A stretch of 64,000 nt of DNA from an uncultured Ignavibacteria bacterium (GTDB lineage: Bacteria > Zixibacteria > MSB-5A5 > SM1-73). Position numbers and translations under genes: made by a program. A model generated the notes under the pieces. The model was not told where the DNA came from. It made no database searches and saw nothing but the letters and a program-made list of their open reading frames with translations. The stretch lies in contig CAYGCR010000001.1 of NCBI GenBank assembly GCA_964348415.1, positions 10,639-74,638 on the forward strand, written 5' to 3'. Below are positions 8,370 to 17,849 of the stretch, piece after piece. Every line of letters begins with the position of its first letter. Positions within the stretch are counted from its first letter, which is position 1.

Positions 8370-9698
8370 TTGGAAGATCAGAAGAATCTGGCAGGCGAAG
8401 ACGAGATTCTGTTTCAGCCAATACTGAAGACCGGAAAGAGATTCTATCTGGTAGTGGGTATCCTGCTGTCGCTGTGGGCAGGAGGAGCGTTGGCCTACTT
8501 CACCCAGCTCGAGTCCGGCCTGGGCGTTACCGGGCTGAATCGACCCGTGTTCTGGGGTATCTACATCATCAATTTTGTTTTCTTCATTGGAATAAGCCAT
8601 GCCGGGACTCTGATTTCCGCCATCCTGAGGCTCTCCAAGGCGGAGTGGAGGAGGCCCATCACCAGATCGGCCGAGGTGATCACCGTGATGGTGCTTTTCT
8701 TTGGGGTGGGGAATATCTTGATCGACTTAGGGAGAATCGACCGGATGTTCAACATCATCAAGCATGCCCAGTTTCGTTCTCCCCTTCTCTGGGACGTGGC
8801 CAGCATCACCATCTACTTGACCGCCAGCAGCATCTATCTCTTTCTGCCCCTGATCCCGGACATAGCTCTGCTCAGGGACAGGGGGGAGAAGAGGAAGCGG
8901 TTATACAGAATCCTCTCCCTGGGTTGGATGGGAACTCCCAAACAATGGAGGCGTTTGGAGATAGGAATTGGTATCATGGCTATTCTGGTCATCCCTATTG
9001 CCGTCTCCGTGCACACCGTGGTTTCCTTCGTCTTTGCCATGACCATTCAGCCTATGTGGCATTCGGCTATCTTTGGACCCTATTTCGTGGCCGGGGCAAT
9101 ATTCTCGGGGATCGCCGCATTGATCATCGCCATGTTTATTATCAGGAAAGTATATCATCTGGAGGACTATCTGAAACCGATTCATTTCAACTACCTGGGA
9201 ATTCTTCTTCTGGTCATGACCTTGCTGTGGTTCTATTTCACCTTCACCGAGTACCTGACCACCTTCTACGGTGCGGAGCCGGTTCACATGTCTATCTTCT
9301 ATTCCAAGTTGACCGGTCGCTTCGCCCCCTATTTTTGGATGATGTTCATCACCTGTTTTGTGATACCTTTCGTGCTTCTGTGCAACAGTAAAACCAGAAC
9401 TGTGACAGGAACCGTGATCGCCTCGGTCTCGGTCACCATCGGAATGTGGCTGGAGAGATTCACCATAGTGGTCCCAACCCTTATCAACCCCAGGTTGCCC
9501 TCGGGCTATACCGTCTATCATCCTACCTGGGTAGAGTATCTCGTGACCGTGGCCTGCTTTGCCGCATTCATCCTGTTCTATGTCCTATTCACCAAATTCT
9601 TCCCCATCGTCTCGATCTGGGAGATTCGCGAGGGAAGAGAAAAGGCGTTGAAGGAAGTTGAGGAGAGGGTAAAGACATATTTCCCGGGTGCTGAATGA
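8370..9698 (+). CDS. NrfD/PsrC-family membrane quinone-interacting subunit (ActC-like)
   Basis: NFVFFIGISHAGTLISAIL, WRRPITRSAE, SPLLWD, VSVHTVVS, MWLERF; many TM helices; abuts the upstream stop. Confidence 0.92.
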   Translation: MEDQKNLAGEDEILFQPILKTGKRFYLVVGILLSLWAGGALAYFTQLESGLGVTGLNRPVFWGIYIINFVFFIGISHAGTLISAILRLSKAEWRRPITRSAEVITVMVLFFGVGNILIDLGRIDRMFNIIKHAQFRSPLLWDVASITIYLTASSIYLFLPLIPDIALLRDRGEKRKRLYRILSLGWMGTPKQWRRLEIGIGIMAILVIPIAVSVHTVVSFVFAMTIQPMWHSAIFGPYFVAGAIFSGIAALIIAMFIIRKVYHLEDYLKPIHFNYLGILLLVMTLLWFYFTFTEYLTTFYGAEPVHMSIFYSKLTGRFAPYFWMMFITCFVIPFVLLCNSKTRTVTGTVIASVSVTIGMWLERFTIVVPTLINPRLPSGYTVYHPTWVEYLVTVACFAAFILFYVLFTKFFPIVSIWEIREGREKALKEVEERVKTYFPGAE

Positions 9699-9737
9699 GA
9701 TGTTTCGATAACAGCAATCAAAGCTGAGGGCCAAGAA

Positions 9738-10907
9738 GTGGGTTTGAGAGTCGGAAGAGTCAATTCAGTCCTGTGGGGGTCGGTGCTTCTCTTTTTCTTT
9801 CTGACCTTCCTGGGTTTTTCTCAGGTTGAGTTTCGTCTCTCCCCGGGTGAGGTCAAAGAGGGCTGGAGAGTCTTTTATCAAAAGGGTTGCTTTGAATGCC
9901 ACTCGTTGTGGGGTCAGGGCGGAAGGGTGGGTTCCGAACTATCCGGGAAGACCGGGGAGGTCCTCTCCGCCACCAAATTGGCAGGCATATTGTGGAACCA
10001 TGCCCCCGAGATGTGGCACCGCATGGGGGAGGAGAAGATAGCCTCCGTTCAGATCGGGGAGGAGGAGATGGCTCACCTGCTCAGCTTCCTTTATTTCATC
10101 CGGTTCACGGACCAGCCCGGGGACACAGCCCGAGGGGAGAAGCTGCTTTACGAGAAGCGGTGTGGGCTGTGCCATTCGCTTCGCGGTGCAGGAGGAAAAA
10201 TCGGTGCAGACCTGTCAACCTGGGGGAATTTCGTCAACCCCATCCTCTGGGCTCAGATAATGTGGAATCACGCTCCCCAAATGAGAGAAGAGATGAGAAG
10301 AAGAGAGCTCTCCTGGCCCCAGTTCCAGGAAGGCGAGATGAACGATTTGATCAGCTATATAAGAAGCGTAAGTCCACCCCAAGAGAGGGTCTATCTCCCC
10401 TTGGGCAACCCGGAGTCGGGAAGGGGACTGTTCTCCCAAAAGGGATGCGGAAACTGTCACAGTGTGGGAGAGGGGAAAGGAATTGATCTGACCAGGGTCG
10501 AACCATTCCCCTTAACCTTCAGCCAGGTGGGCGCTCTGATGTGGAATCATCTACCCAAGATGTGGAACCTGATGGAGCGGAAAGGGATCAGTCCTTCGGA
10601 GCTTTCAGCCCAAGAGATGGCTGATCTTATTTCCTATATCATCTCCTCGCGCTATTTCAAGCGTGGAGGAAAAGAAGAGGTCGGCAAGAGAATATTCTCG
10701 GAGAAAAGGTGCGATCTGTGCCACACTGCAGAGACCGCTCTGGGCGGATTGGAAGAAGAGATCACCCCGATCTTCCTGGCTCATTCCATGTGGAATCACG
10801 GCCAGACAATGTTGAGGGAGATGAGAGAGAGGGGGCTCAAGTGGCCTGAATTCCGGGATGATGAAGTGGAGCACCTGCTGGAGTATCTCAATAGCCGCGC
10901 AGAATAA
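9738..10907 (+). CDS. Cytochrome c with four tandem class I-like heme domains
   Basis: CFECH, CGLCH, CGNCH, CDLCH, each followed by a [LM]WNHxxxM motif; N-terminal signal/TM segment. Confidence 0.85.
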   Translation: MGLRVGRVNSVLWGSVLLFFFLTFLGFSQVEFRLSPGEVKEGWRVFYQKGCFECHSLWGQGGRVGSELSGKTGEVLSATKLAGILWNHAPEMWHRMGEEKIASVQIGEEEMAHLLSFLYFIRFTDQPGDTARGEKLLYEKRCGLCHSLRGAGGKIGADLSTWGNFVNPILWAQIMWNHAPQMREEMRRRELSWPQFQEGEMNDLISYIRSVSPPQERVYLPLGNPESGRGLFSQKGCGNCHSVGEGKGIDLTRVEPFPLTFSQVGALMWNHLPKMWNLMERKGISPSELSAQEMADLISYIISSRYFKRGGKEEVGKRIFSEKRCDLCHTAETALGGLEEEITPIFLAHSMWNHGQTMLREMRERGLKWPEFRDDEVEHLLEYLNSRAE

Positions 10908-11091
10908 GATGGTTTGCCCGTACCGAAACCAGAGCGCAACCTGTTATTCTCAGGGGCAAAGTTCCACACCCAGAAAGTCTTTTTCAGACTGATCCCCGCT
11001 AGATAAAGGCCCAGAACGTCAAAGGGCTTGGTCAAGGCGGGAAAGGACGAAAGACCGAAGCGTCAAAACACCCTAACCAGGAGAACGTGTC

Positions 11092-11232
11092 GTCATCGAA
11101 CTGCTCAAGAGATTCAACGTTTTCGAGGGCATGGAAGATGAGGAGTTGCAGGAGATCGCCTCGTCTTGTAGCATAAAGCAGTTCTCGAAGGGAGAACAGG
11201 TCTTCCGGGCGGGAGACCCCGGTCCCATTTAG
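11092..11232 (+). pseudogene. Truncated cyclic-nucleotide-binding (Crp/Fnr-type) domain fragment
   Basis: Translates VIELLKRFNVFEGMEDEELQEIASSCSIKQFSKGEQVFRAGDPG then stops; SD-like AGGAGA at 11079-11084 precedes an out-of-frame GTG. Confidence 0.7.
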
Positions 11233-12043
11233 CCATATCGTAGACCGTCGAGTAGAGCCCTCCGGCCGAATACGGTAGGCTACTGTGAACTGCTACCCCA
11301 GGCACAAGGGTACTCGCGGAATCGAACGTGTGGCCCCTTGCCGAGCCAGGTAGATCCATGAATCCATCCGGGAAACTGCTATTGCTCATGCCAAGCGGCT
11401 CAAAAACGTGTTTACGCATATATTCCCGGTAAGTCTCCCCCGATACTTTTTCAATGATCAAACCAAGCAGATAATAACCTGAGTTGCTATAGCGCCATTC
11501 CGAGCCAGGTTCGAATAGCAGAGGAAGATCTTTGAATATGGACACAACATCTTCTAATCTGGCCGGCCTGTCGTACATTTCCTCAAACCGCGGCAAATCA
11601 GTATATTCGGTAATACCTGACGTATGAGTCAACAGATGGTAGGAAGTAACCTCGTCACCTGCTGGTTTGGGATAGTCTGGCAAGTACTTGACTATTGGAT
11701 CGTCGAGATTCAGAAGCTTCTTTTCTGCCAGTTGCATGATGGCAGTTGCGGTAAACTGCTTTGTCACAGAACAGATCAGGTATTTCGTTTCCGGCGTATT
11801 CGGCTCGGACGATGAAACATCAGCCATGCCGTATCCCTTGGTGAAAAGAACTTTGTCGTCTTTCGCGACCAGGACAGCGCCGCTGAAATTCAGAACGCGC
11901 TGAGCGGCATCAAGGTACTCTTCGAATTTCTGGTCTAAGGTCTGCGCCGATGATATATTGGCTGACGTCATTATGACGAATGCGGCAAGGCAGAATAGTG
12001 CGAAACGGTGTCGGTGCGTCTTTAATTTGAATAGTGGTGACAT
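11114..12043 (-). pseudogene. C-terminally truncated serine hydrolase (beta-lactamase class C-like family)
   Basis: Signal peptide, SVTK (SxxK), YSNSGY, AGGLYSTVYDMAKWDR, then non-homologous tail from about 11220; SD GGAGG before ATG 12043. Confidence 0.8.
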
Positions 12044-12097
12044 GGTACCTCCAATGATTTGATTGAACACTGTGTGCTCTTATTCTGAGTTGAACGA

Positions 12098-12445
12098 CTA
12101 TTTATTCTCGGAATCTTTGCGAACCCCAGGCGGCTTAGTGAACAACTCCTTCATCTTGTTGCGATAGATCTCAAACGCTTCTCTACCTTGGTCGGTCAGG
12201 CTGAGGAACGTCTTAGGTATCTTGCCGACGAACTCCTTCTGAACGGTCAGATACCCGGCCACCTCCAGTTTACTCAGGTGTGAAGACAGATTCCCCGGCG
12301 TCAGGTGAGTTTGATTCTGGACAAAGAGGAATTCGGCTCTCTCGATCACGTAGAGCAACGCCATAATGTCGTATCTCGCCGGCTCATGAATGAGCCGATC
12401 GACCTCGGACAACCGGTAGCTGTCGGCGTCGTTATCTGTCGACAT
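12098..12445 (-). CDS. Winged-helix transcriptional regulator (MarR/ArsR-like)
   Basis: IHEPARYDIMALL, LTPGNLSSHLSKLE.AGY, LTDQGREAF; start ATG 12445 overlaps the upstream gene end. Confidence 0.85.
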   Translation of the reverse strand: MSTDNDADSYRLSEVDRLIHEPARYDIMALLYVIERAEFLFVQNQTHLTPGNLSSHLSKLEVAGYLTVQKEFVGKIPKTFLSLTDQGREAFEIYRNKMKELFTKPPGVRKDSENK

Positions 12446-13070
12446 CAGGCGCCTCCGGGGTTGGCTTTGGGTATTTCTTCGTGAATCCGGAAAGAAGCGT
12501 GAGTCCATAAACGAGGATTACGGCCCCCGGTATGCCAAAGCTAATAAGGGAGTTGAATGGCTTGTCAAGGTATCGATACATGAAATCCGAATAGGGAATA
12601 CCGACGAACAGTACCGCCGCATAGACGTACATTCGAGGATAGTCCAGGAAATAAGCCGCGATAACTATCACGGGCGCTAGGACCAGACCCACGGTCAGCG
12701 GTAAGCCGAAATTCTCTGCCAGACTTGCTCCGAAACCTTTTGCCGTTGTCATGAGAAGCAACGGAAGCGTGAGGAAAAAGAAGGCGGCACAGATCACCAG
12801 GAAGAATAGCCTTCTTGATCTCCGTTTTGGTCCAAACTCAACAGCCCCCAGCCTCGGAATCGTGACGCACCGCTTCCCCAACCAGACAAAAACAGCGGGG
12901 ATGAACCCAAACAGATATCCGTAGAATCTAGGGATTCCGATGGACTGCAGAACCGGGATCAACGCCAGAATCAGAAACAGCATCCCAAAGAGGATATCGT
13001 AGATACCGTCGTCGAAGGTTGAGCGATACGCCCTCCTCTCGATTTCCTTGAGGGAATCAGTCATTCTCAT
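12432..13070 (-). CDS. Multi-pass membrane protein of unknown function
   Basis: About six hydrophobic segments; overlaps the wHTH gene start. Confidence 0.75.
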   Translation of the reverse strand: MRMTDSLKEIERRAYRSTFDDGIYDILFGMLFLILALIPVLQSIGIPRFYGYLFGFIPAVFVWLGKRCVTIPRLGAVEFGPKRRSRRLFFLVICAAFFFLTLPLLLMTTAKGFGASLAENFGLPLTVGLVLAPVIVIAAYFLDYPRMYVYAAVLFVGIPYSDFMYRYLDKPFNSLISFGIPGAVILVYGLTLLSGFTKKYPKPTPEAPDVDR

Positions 13071-13110
13071 AGATGATCACCTCCGTTGAACGAGTTATGT
13101 TGGGTCAAGG

Positions 13111-13127
13111 ACTTTGCGTTACAAACT
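13111..13127. promoter_or_regulatory. Candidate operator for the wHTH regulator
   Basis: Near-palindrome ACTTTG-N5-CAAACT about 40 nt upstream of the operon start. Confidence 0.4.
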
Positions 13128-13431
13128 ATTCTACGTAGCAGAACTAAGATTGTTTCACAATGTCAAGAAAATTCACAAATTTTCTGCCTGGATCGAAAGA
13201 ATCCCCGTTAGGCTCTCAGACGTCACAGGTCAACCTAAGCGCTTGTTATACAACATATTATTGTTAGAATGGATTGATCAAGAGGGGGGATAAAGTGGAA
13301 GTCAGTCTGGAGTCCAAAAAGGCAGCGTCGTTAAAGTACTGACCTGCCCCGACATTTCTGTTCTGTCAGGTCGTGCCCTGACAGCCGCAGCCGAAGTCCG
13401 CATTCCGGATACAGACATGCACTCTTCATGA

Positions 13432-13478
13432 GCGTCAGGTCACAGTCAGGGCGGGGCATGAGTAAGACCTGACGCAAC
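13432..13478. repeat. REP-like palindromic element, family A
   Basis: GCGTCAGGTC...GACCTGACGC; shares CATGAGYAAGACCTGAC.CAAC with the copy at 20158-20205. Confidence 0.65.
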
Positions 13479-13534
13479 CGGAAAGCCCCGGCACAGTCGA
13501 GGGCTCTCTCATCACCCAGACTCCGGGGCGGTCG

Positions 13535-15049
13535 CTACTTAACCTCCAGCGTCATGGGATCGCGAAGGGGCAGAATGTTGATTTCACCGAAATCCGAAAA
13601 ACGTTCGTCGTGTTTGTCTGACCCTTCCTGCACGGCCTCCGGATCGCCTACGACCAAGAACACCAGCTTGTCGGGATGTAGGTATTTCTGTGCAGCCGCC
13701 AGGATGTCATCCGCAGTTAAGGCCTCGGTATTCTTTGTGTAGTTTTTCCAATAATCATTCGGCCGACCGGTGTAATCATCATCCGCAAAGGTGTTGACGA
13801 TGGTGTTCTTGCTGCTGAAGGGATTGACCACTTTGCTGATGAAGCTGGCTTTGGAATTTTCGACGACTTCCTCTTCGCATTTTTCAGCACGCATGCGGCT
13901 GATCTCTTCGACGATAAGCGCTGTGCCGAATGCTGCGGTGGCGTGCTTGGTCTGGAACCATGCCCGAAACGTGCCGGGGTACACCACAGGAGTCTCGAAG
14001 CTGCTGCCGGTGTTGTAAGCCAAGCCCTCGTCTGAACGCACCCGACGCTTGATGCGCGAGGTGAAGCTGCGGCCACCCAGGATGTCGTTCATCACTGCAA
14101 GGGCATACTCATCGGGTATGTCCCGCTTGACGCCAAGGTGTCCCACGCTGATGCGCGACTGGTTGACGTCCTCCTTCTTGATCATATATATCCCGGGTTT
14201 GGGAGCGGGGATCTGGTCGGGAATTGTGGGAAGCTCCAACTGCTGATCGGGCCATCCGTCAAGCATGTTGTTGAGCTTGGCTAGGATTTCATCGGTCTTG
14301 AAATCCCCGGAGACGGCGAAAATGAAGTTTTTCGGGAAGAAGTATTTCTTATGGAACGCAATCAGGTCTTCCCGGGTGATCGAATTGACGGACCCTTCCG
14401 TGCGGCGGTAGGGAATGGTGCACGGGTGGTCGCCGTACATCAAGAACTTCCACTCGCGGGATTCGATGGCAGAGGTAGAGGCATTACGTTGCTCCATCTC
14501 CGAGAGGACATCCGCGCGGTAACGATCCAGTATATCCTGATCGAAAACCGGGGTGCGCAGGATCTTCTTTAGCAACTCCAGCCCCTCATCTATGTCTTTC
14601 GACAGGCAGAAAAGAGTGGCCTTTCCCTGCGATTCGCTCATATTAACGGAAATCTCCCCGGCCAGGAAGGCAAGCCTGTCATCCAGTTCTTTCGCGGTCA
14701 TCCCCTGGACGCCGCCGTTGCGCATCAGGTAACCGGTCATATCGGCCAGTCCCGCTTTCTCCATCGGTTCGTACATCGAACCCGTGCGAACCAGAACTGT
14801 CAATTCAAACGTGGGAACTTCGTGATTTTCCGCCACGTAGGCAGTGGCACCACATTTCAATGTATGACGGTAATCGTCAGGCTTGGGCGGCTGATATTTC
14901 AATTCCTTGAATTTCAGTTTGTCGGGATGATCGACGATTTTCTCCGCCCGCGTAACAGAGGCGGAACCCAACACGGCAGCCAATGCCAGGATCGTCAACA
15001 GCGGCACCAAGCGGCTGAGCGATGAATTTGATAATCTCTTCATGTTCAT
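13535..15049 (-). CDS. M16 (pitrilysin) family peptidase, non-catalytic subunit
   Basis: Signal peptide, LAVMNDILGG..FTSR...RVRSDEGLAY; no HxxEH. Confidence 0.88.
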   Translation of the reverse strand: MNMKRLSNSSLSRLVPLLTILALAAVLGSASVTRAEKIVDHPDKLKFKELKYQPPKPDDYRHTLKCGATAYVAENHEVPTFELTVLVRTGSMYEPMEKAGLADMTGYLMRNGGVQGMTAKELDDRLAFLAGEISVNMSESQGKATLFCLSKDIDEGLELLKKILRTPVFDQDILDRYRADVLSEMEQRNASTSAIESREWKFLMYGDHPCTIPYRRTEGSVNSITREDLIAFHKKYFFPKNFIFAVSGDFKTDEILAKLNNMLDGWPDQQLELPTIPDQIPAPKPGIYMIKKEDVNQSRISVGHLGVKRDIPDEYALAVMNDILGGRSFTSRIKRRVRSDEGLAYNTGSSFETPVVYPGTFRAWFQTKHATAAFGTALIVEEISRMRAEKCEEEVVENSKASFISKVVNPFSSKNTIVNTFADDDYTGRPNDYWKNYTKNTEALTADDILAAAQKYLHPDKLVFLVVGDPEAVQEGSDKHDERFSDFGEINILPLRDPMTLEVK

Positions 15050-15074
15050 TTCTCCTTCTACAAATGCTTTATTC

Positions 15075-16859
15075 TTACTCGGAGGCTTTGAGTTCTTTGA
15101 GGCGTTCGCTAGCGATTTTCAACAGTTTTTCCATCTGCGCTTTCTCTTTGGGATCTTCAACTTGGTCCATGCGCATGGAAAACATGTTGATCATTTGCTC
15201 GAGCCGGGCCGCATCGGTCACCGACTTGATCATCTGCACCGCCTGGGCGAACTGCGGATCTTCGGCGCCTGCGGCCTTAACCTCTGGGCCGGCTTTCGTG
15301 TTGATAACTAACACGTTCCGCTGATCATCAGCGAAATACTTGTTGGCCACGCGCTGGACATCCTCGGCAGTCACCAGATCACACATCTCCGGGTTGTTGT
15401 TTGCTTCGGTCCAGTCACCCATGGCGGCATTCGAGCCGAGATAAAACAGGATGCCGATTCCCGACATGATGTCCATGAACCTGATTTTTTGGACGCGCAA
15501 ATGGTTTTTTACTTTCTGCAATTCTTCTTCCGGGACCGGGTTGTTCTTCAAATCTTCCATGACTTCGTACATCGCCGCTTCCAGTTGCTCTGCCCGCACA
15601 CCGGAGACTCCGTCGGCAGTGATCTGGAACGCTCCGGCATACTTCTTGGAGTCTTGGGCGGCATTCACCGCCAGGCCACTGCCTCCCATCATGCGCCTGC
15701 CGCGGCTGGCGGAACCCTTGGCGATGCCCTTCTCCTCGACCAGCTTCTTGTATAGCCGTCCGGTCTTGCCGCTTAAGATCCCGGCCAGAACTTCCAGCGC
15801 ATAGCTATCCGGGTGTTTCCAGGCCACGGTGTGGTACCAGATTTCGGCCTTGGGGTTGGTTTCCGCTTCGGCAACTAACCGCTTTTCTCCATGTTGTGTC
15901 TCTTCGAGTGTCACCACGTCCGGCGGGTCTATTTCACCGCGTCGAAGACGTTCAAAGTACTTCTTGACCAGTTTGATCATCTCGTCCGGTTCCAGATCAC
16001 CCACCAGGATCATGGTCAGGTTGTTCGGGGCGTAGTAGGTATCGTAGTACTGATTGGCCTGCTCACGAGTGATGCTGCCCAGATCGGAAGCCCAGCCGAT
16101 GACATCCCAGTGATAGGGCGATGATTTCCAGAACATGGCCCGGAAATCCTCCTCGATCAGACCGGTCGGGGTGGATTCGACACCCAGGCGGCGTTCCTCG
16201 CGCACGACGTCCCGCTCCGAGTAAAATTCCCGGAATACCGGATCATTAAAGCGGTCGGATTCCAGCCACATGTACAATTCGATTTTGTTCCTGGGCACGC
16301 GGACGAAGTATGCGGTCATATCGTCGGAAGTCATGGCGTTCAGGAAGAATCCGCCGTGCTTGGTGTAGATCTCATCAAGCTGGTCTTTGATGATGAGTTG
16401 GCGTTGCTCCAGGATCAGGCTATCGAATACGGCATCGATTTCCCGGTAGCGCGGGGTCTTGGCTTCGGGATCCAGCATGTCCGCAATTTCCCCGCGGCGC
16501 AGCTTTTCACGCATGATCCGCTCCTCGGCCCGCATCAATTCTCTGAGCGAGTCGAGCTGCGCCATAATCTTCAGGTCGCGCTGGATGTCTTTGGTCCCGA
16601 TGGTTTCGGTCCCTTTGAACATCATATGTTCGAAGAGATGGGAGATCCCGGTAATACCGATGATTTCGTTGGCCGAGCCGACCCGGGCGAAAATCGCGGC
16701 CATGATTGTCGGAGTTTCATGCCGCTGGACCATCAAGACCTGCATGCCGTTGTCCAGCCAGTACTCTTTGGCATCAATGTTTTGCGCAGCCGCTGGAATC
16801 GCGGCAGCCAGTATCACCACCGCACAGACGAAAACCGCAGATATAATGCATCTGTTCAT
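15075..16859 (-). CDS. M16 (pitrilysin) family zinc peptidase, catalytic subunit
   Basis: GISHLFEHMMFKGT (HxxEH), LNAMTSDDMT, ERDVVREERR, YYAPNN; SD AGGAG before ATG 16859. Confidence 0.92.
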   Translation of the reverse strand: MNRCIISAVFVCAVVILAAAIPAAAQNIDAKEYWLDNGMQVLMVQRHETPTIMAAIFARVGSANEIIGITGISHLFEHMMFKGTETIGTKDIQRDLKIMAQLDSLRELMRAEERIMREKLRRGEIADMLDPEAKTPRYREIDAVFDSLILEQRQLIIKDQLDEIYTKHGGFFLNAMTSDDMTAYFVRVPRNKIELYMWLESDRFNDPVFREFYSERDVVREERRLGVESTPTGLIEEDFRAMFWKSSPYHWDVIGWASDLGSITREQANQYYDTYYAPNNLTMILVGDLEPDEMIKLVKKYFERLRRGEIDPPDVVTLEETQHGEKRLVAEAETNPKAEIWYHTVAWKHPDSYALEVLAGILSGKTGRLYKKLVEEKGIAKGSASRGRRMMGGSGLAVNAAQDSKKYAGAFQITADGVSGVRAEQLEAAMYEVMEDLKNNPVPEEELQKVKNHLRVQKIRFMDIMSGIGILFYLGSNAAMGDWTEANNNPEMCDLVTAEDVQRVANKYFADDQRNVLVINTKAGPEVKAAGAEDPQFAQAVQMIKSVTDAARLEQMINMFSMRMDQVEDPKEKAQMEKLLKIASERLKELKASE

Positions 16860-17097
16860 CAAGCACTCCTTCCAGGATTCTGAATTGAATGGATAAATCA
16901 TTCCAACTTACGTTCCTTTGCGGGCTTTACTGAAGTAAATTGATAATCTATTGAACCGTCAAAGTCAAGCACGAAATTACTGTCACACAGGGAGCGTGAC
17001 TCGGTCTGCCCTGCCTAGGCGGGGAAGCTTGCCAGACCGCGTATATTCCGGCCAAGCAGGCATGGCAAGCCATGAGCAAGACATGCTGCAACTGAAC

Positions 17098-17148
17098 GGA
17101 CACTGCCTTTGACGGCGGCGACAAGAGTTCAAATCTCGTTGGGGACGC
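17098..17148 (+). repeat. Degenerate direct repeat of the 3' half of tRNA-Glu (att-like relic)
   Basis: Matches 1860-1911 with 3 substitutions and 1 deletion; GAGTTCAAATCTCGTTGGGGACGCT is identical; 5' half of the tRNA is absent. Confidence 0.85.
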
Positions 17149-17849
17149 TCTTTTTATCCGAACTTCCCCCAAAGCAACCCTCTAAACAACAAGTCAAACG
17201 GGACAGAACGAAATCGCCAAGCCAAAACAAAGCCAACCAAATTGGTTTATTTTGACTTGAAGACGGCACAAGTCCGGCTCAAAACTCCAATCCAGGTTTT
17301 TCCGAAAAATGCGGAGTATCGTTGCCGGAGTAGTCCAATACATCAGGTGCGCGAAACGCCTGTTTTTTTGTACGTAATCCTATGAACCTCGATAACTCTG
17401 ATTTGGTCAGAAGCATTAGATTTGCCCTGCAACTCCTAAGGCGCTTTTCTTTTCCCAAACCCTTTGCAAGCCGAACGCAGTTCAGCATGCCTTTGACAGC
17501 AGACCTAGTCTTGCGATGAGTGATCACTTGCCGCTTATTAGGCATGTTGTGCTGGTAACCTGAATACGCTTGTTTTGACTCACGGGGTCGGAAATCCGTT
17601 CAGTGCTTCGCAACAAGAAAGAGGTTGATTCACGGCCACGAATGGTTTATAATCCACAAGAATAGTTTTATATCTATTGTAAGGAGTCAACAGAAAGAAT
17701 GACACGAGTATTAATAATGATATAAAATATGCCAGGGGCTCAGAATGCCGAAAATGGAGGGAAAGAGAGATAGGCAACAAGGAACAGCTGGTGTGATTCA
17801 ATAAAACCAAGCAGAGGACAACAGTTAAATAAACAGCCAACATTTTTGA

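Noticed and set aside
10930-11080. Glycine-riboswitch-like or hammerhead-like words (CTCAGG, AAAGGAC, CTGAT, GAAA)
   Set aside because: The required helices and the CUGAUGA core are absent.
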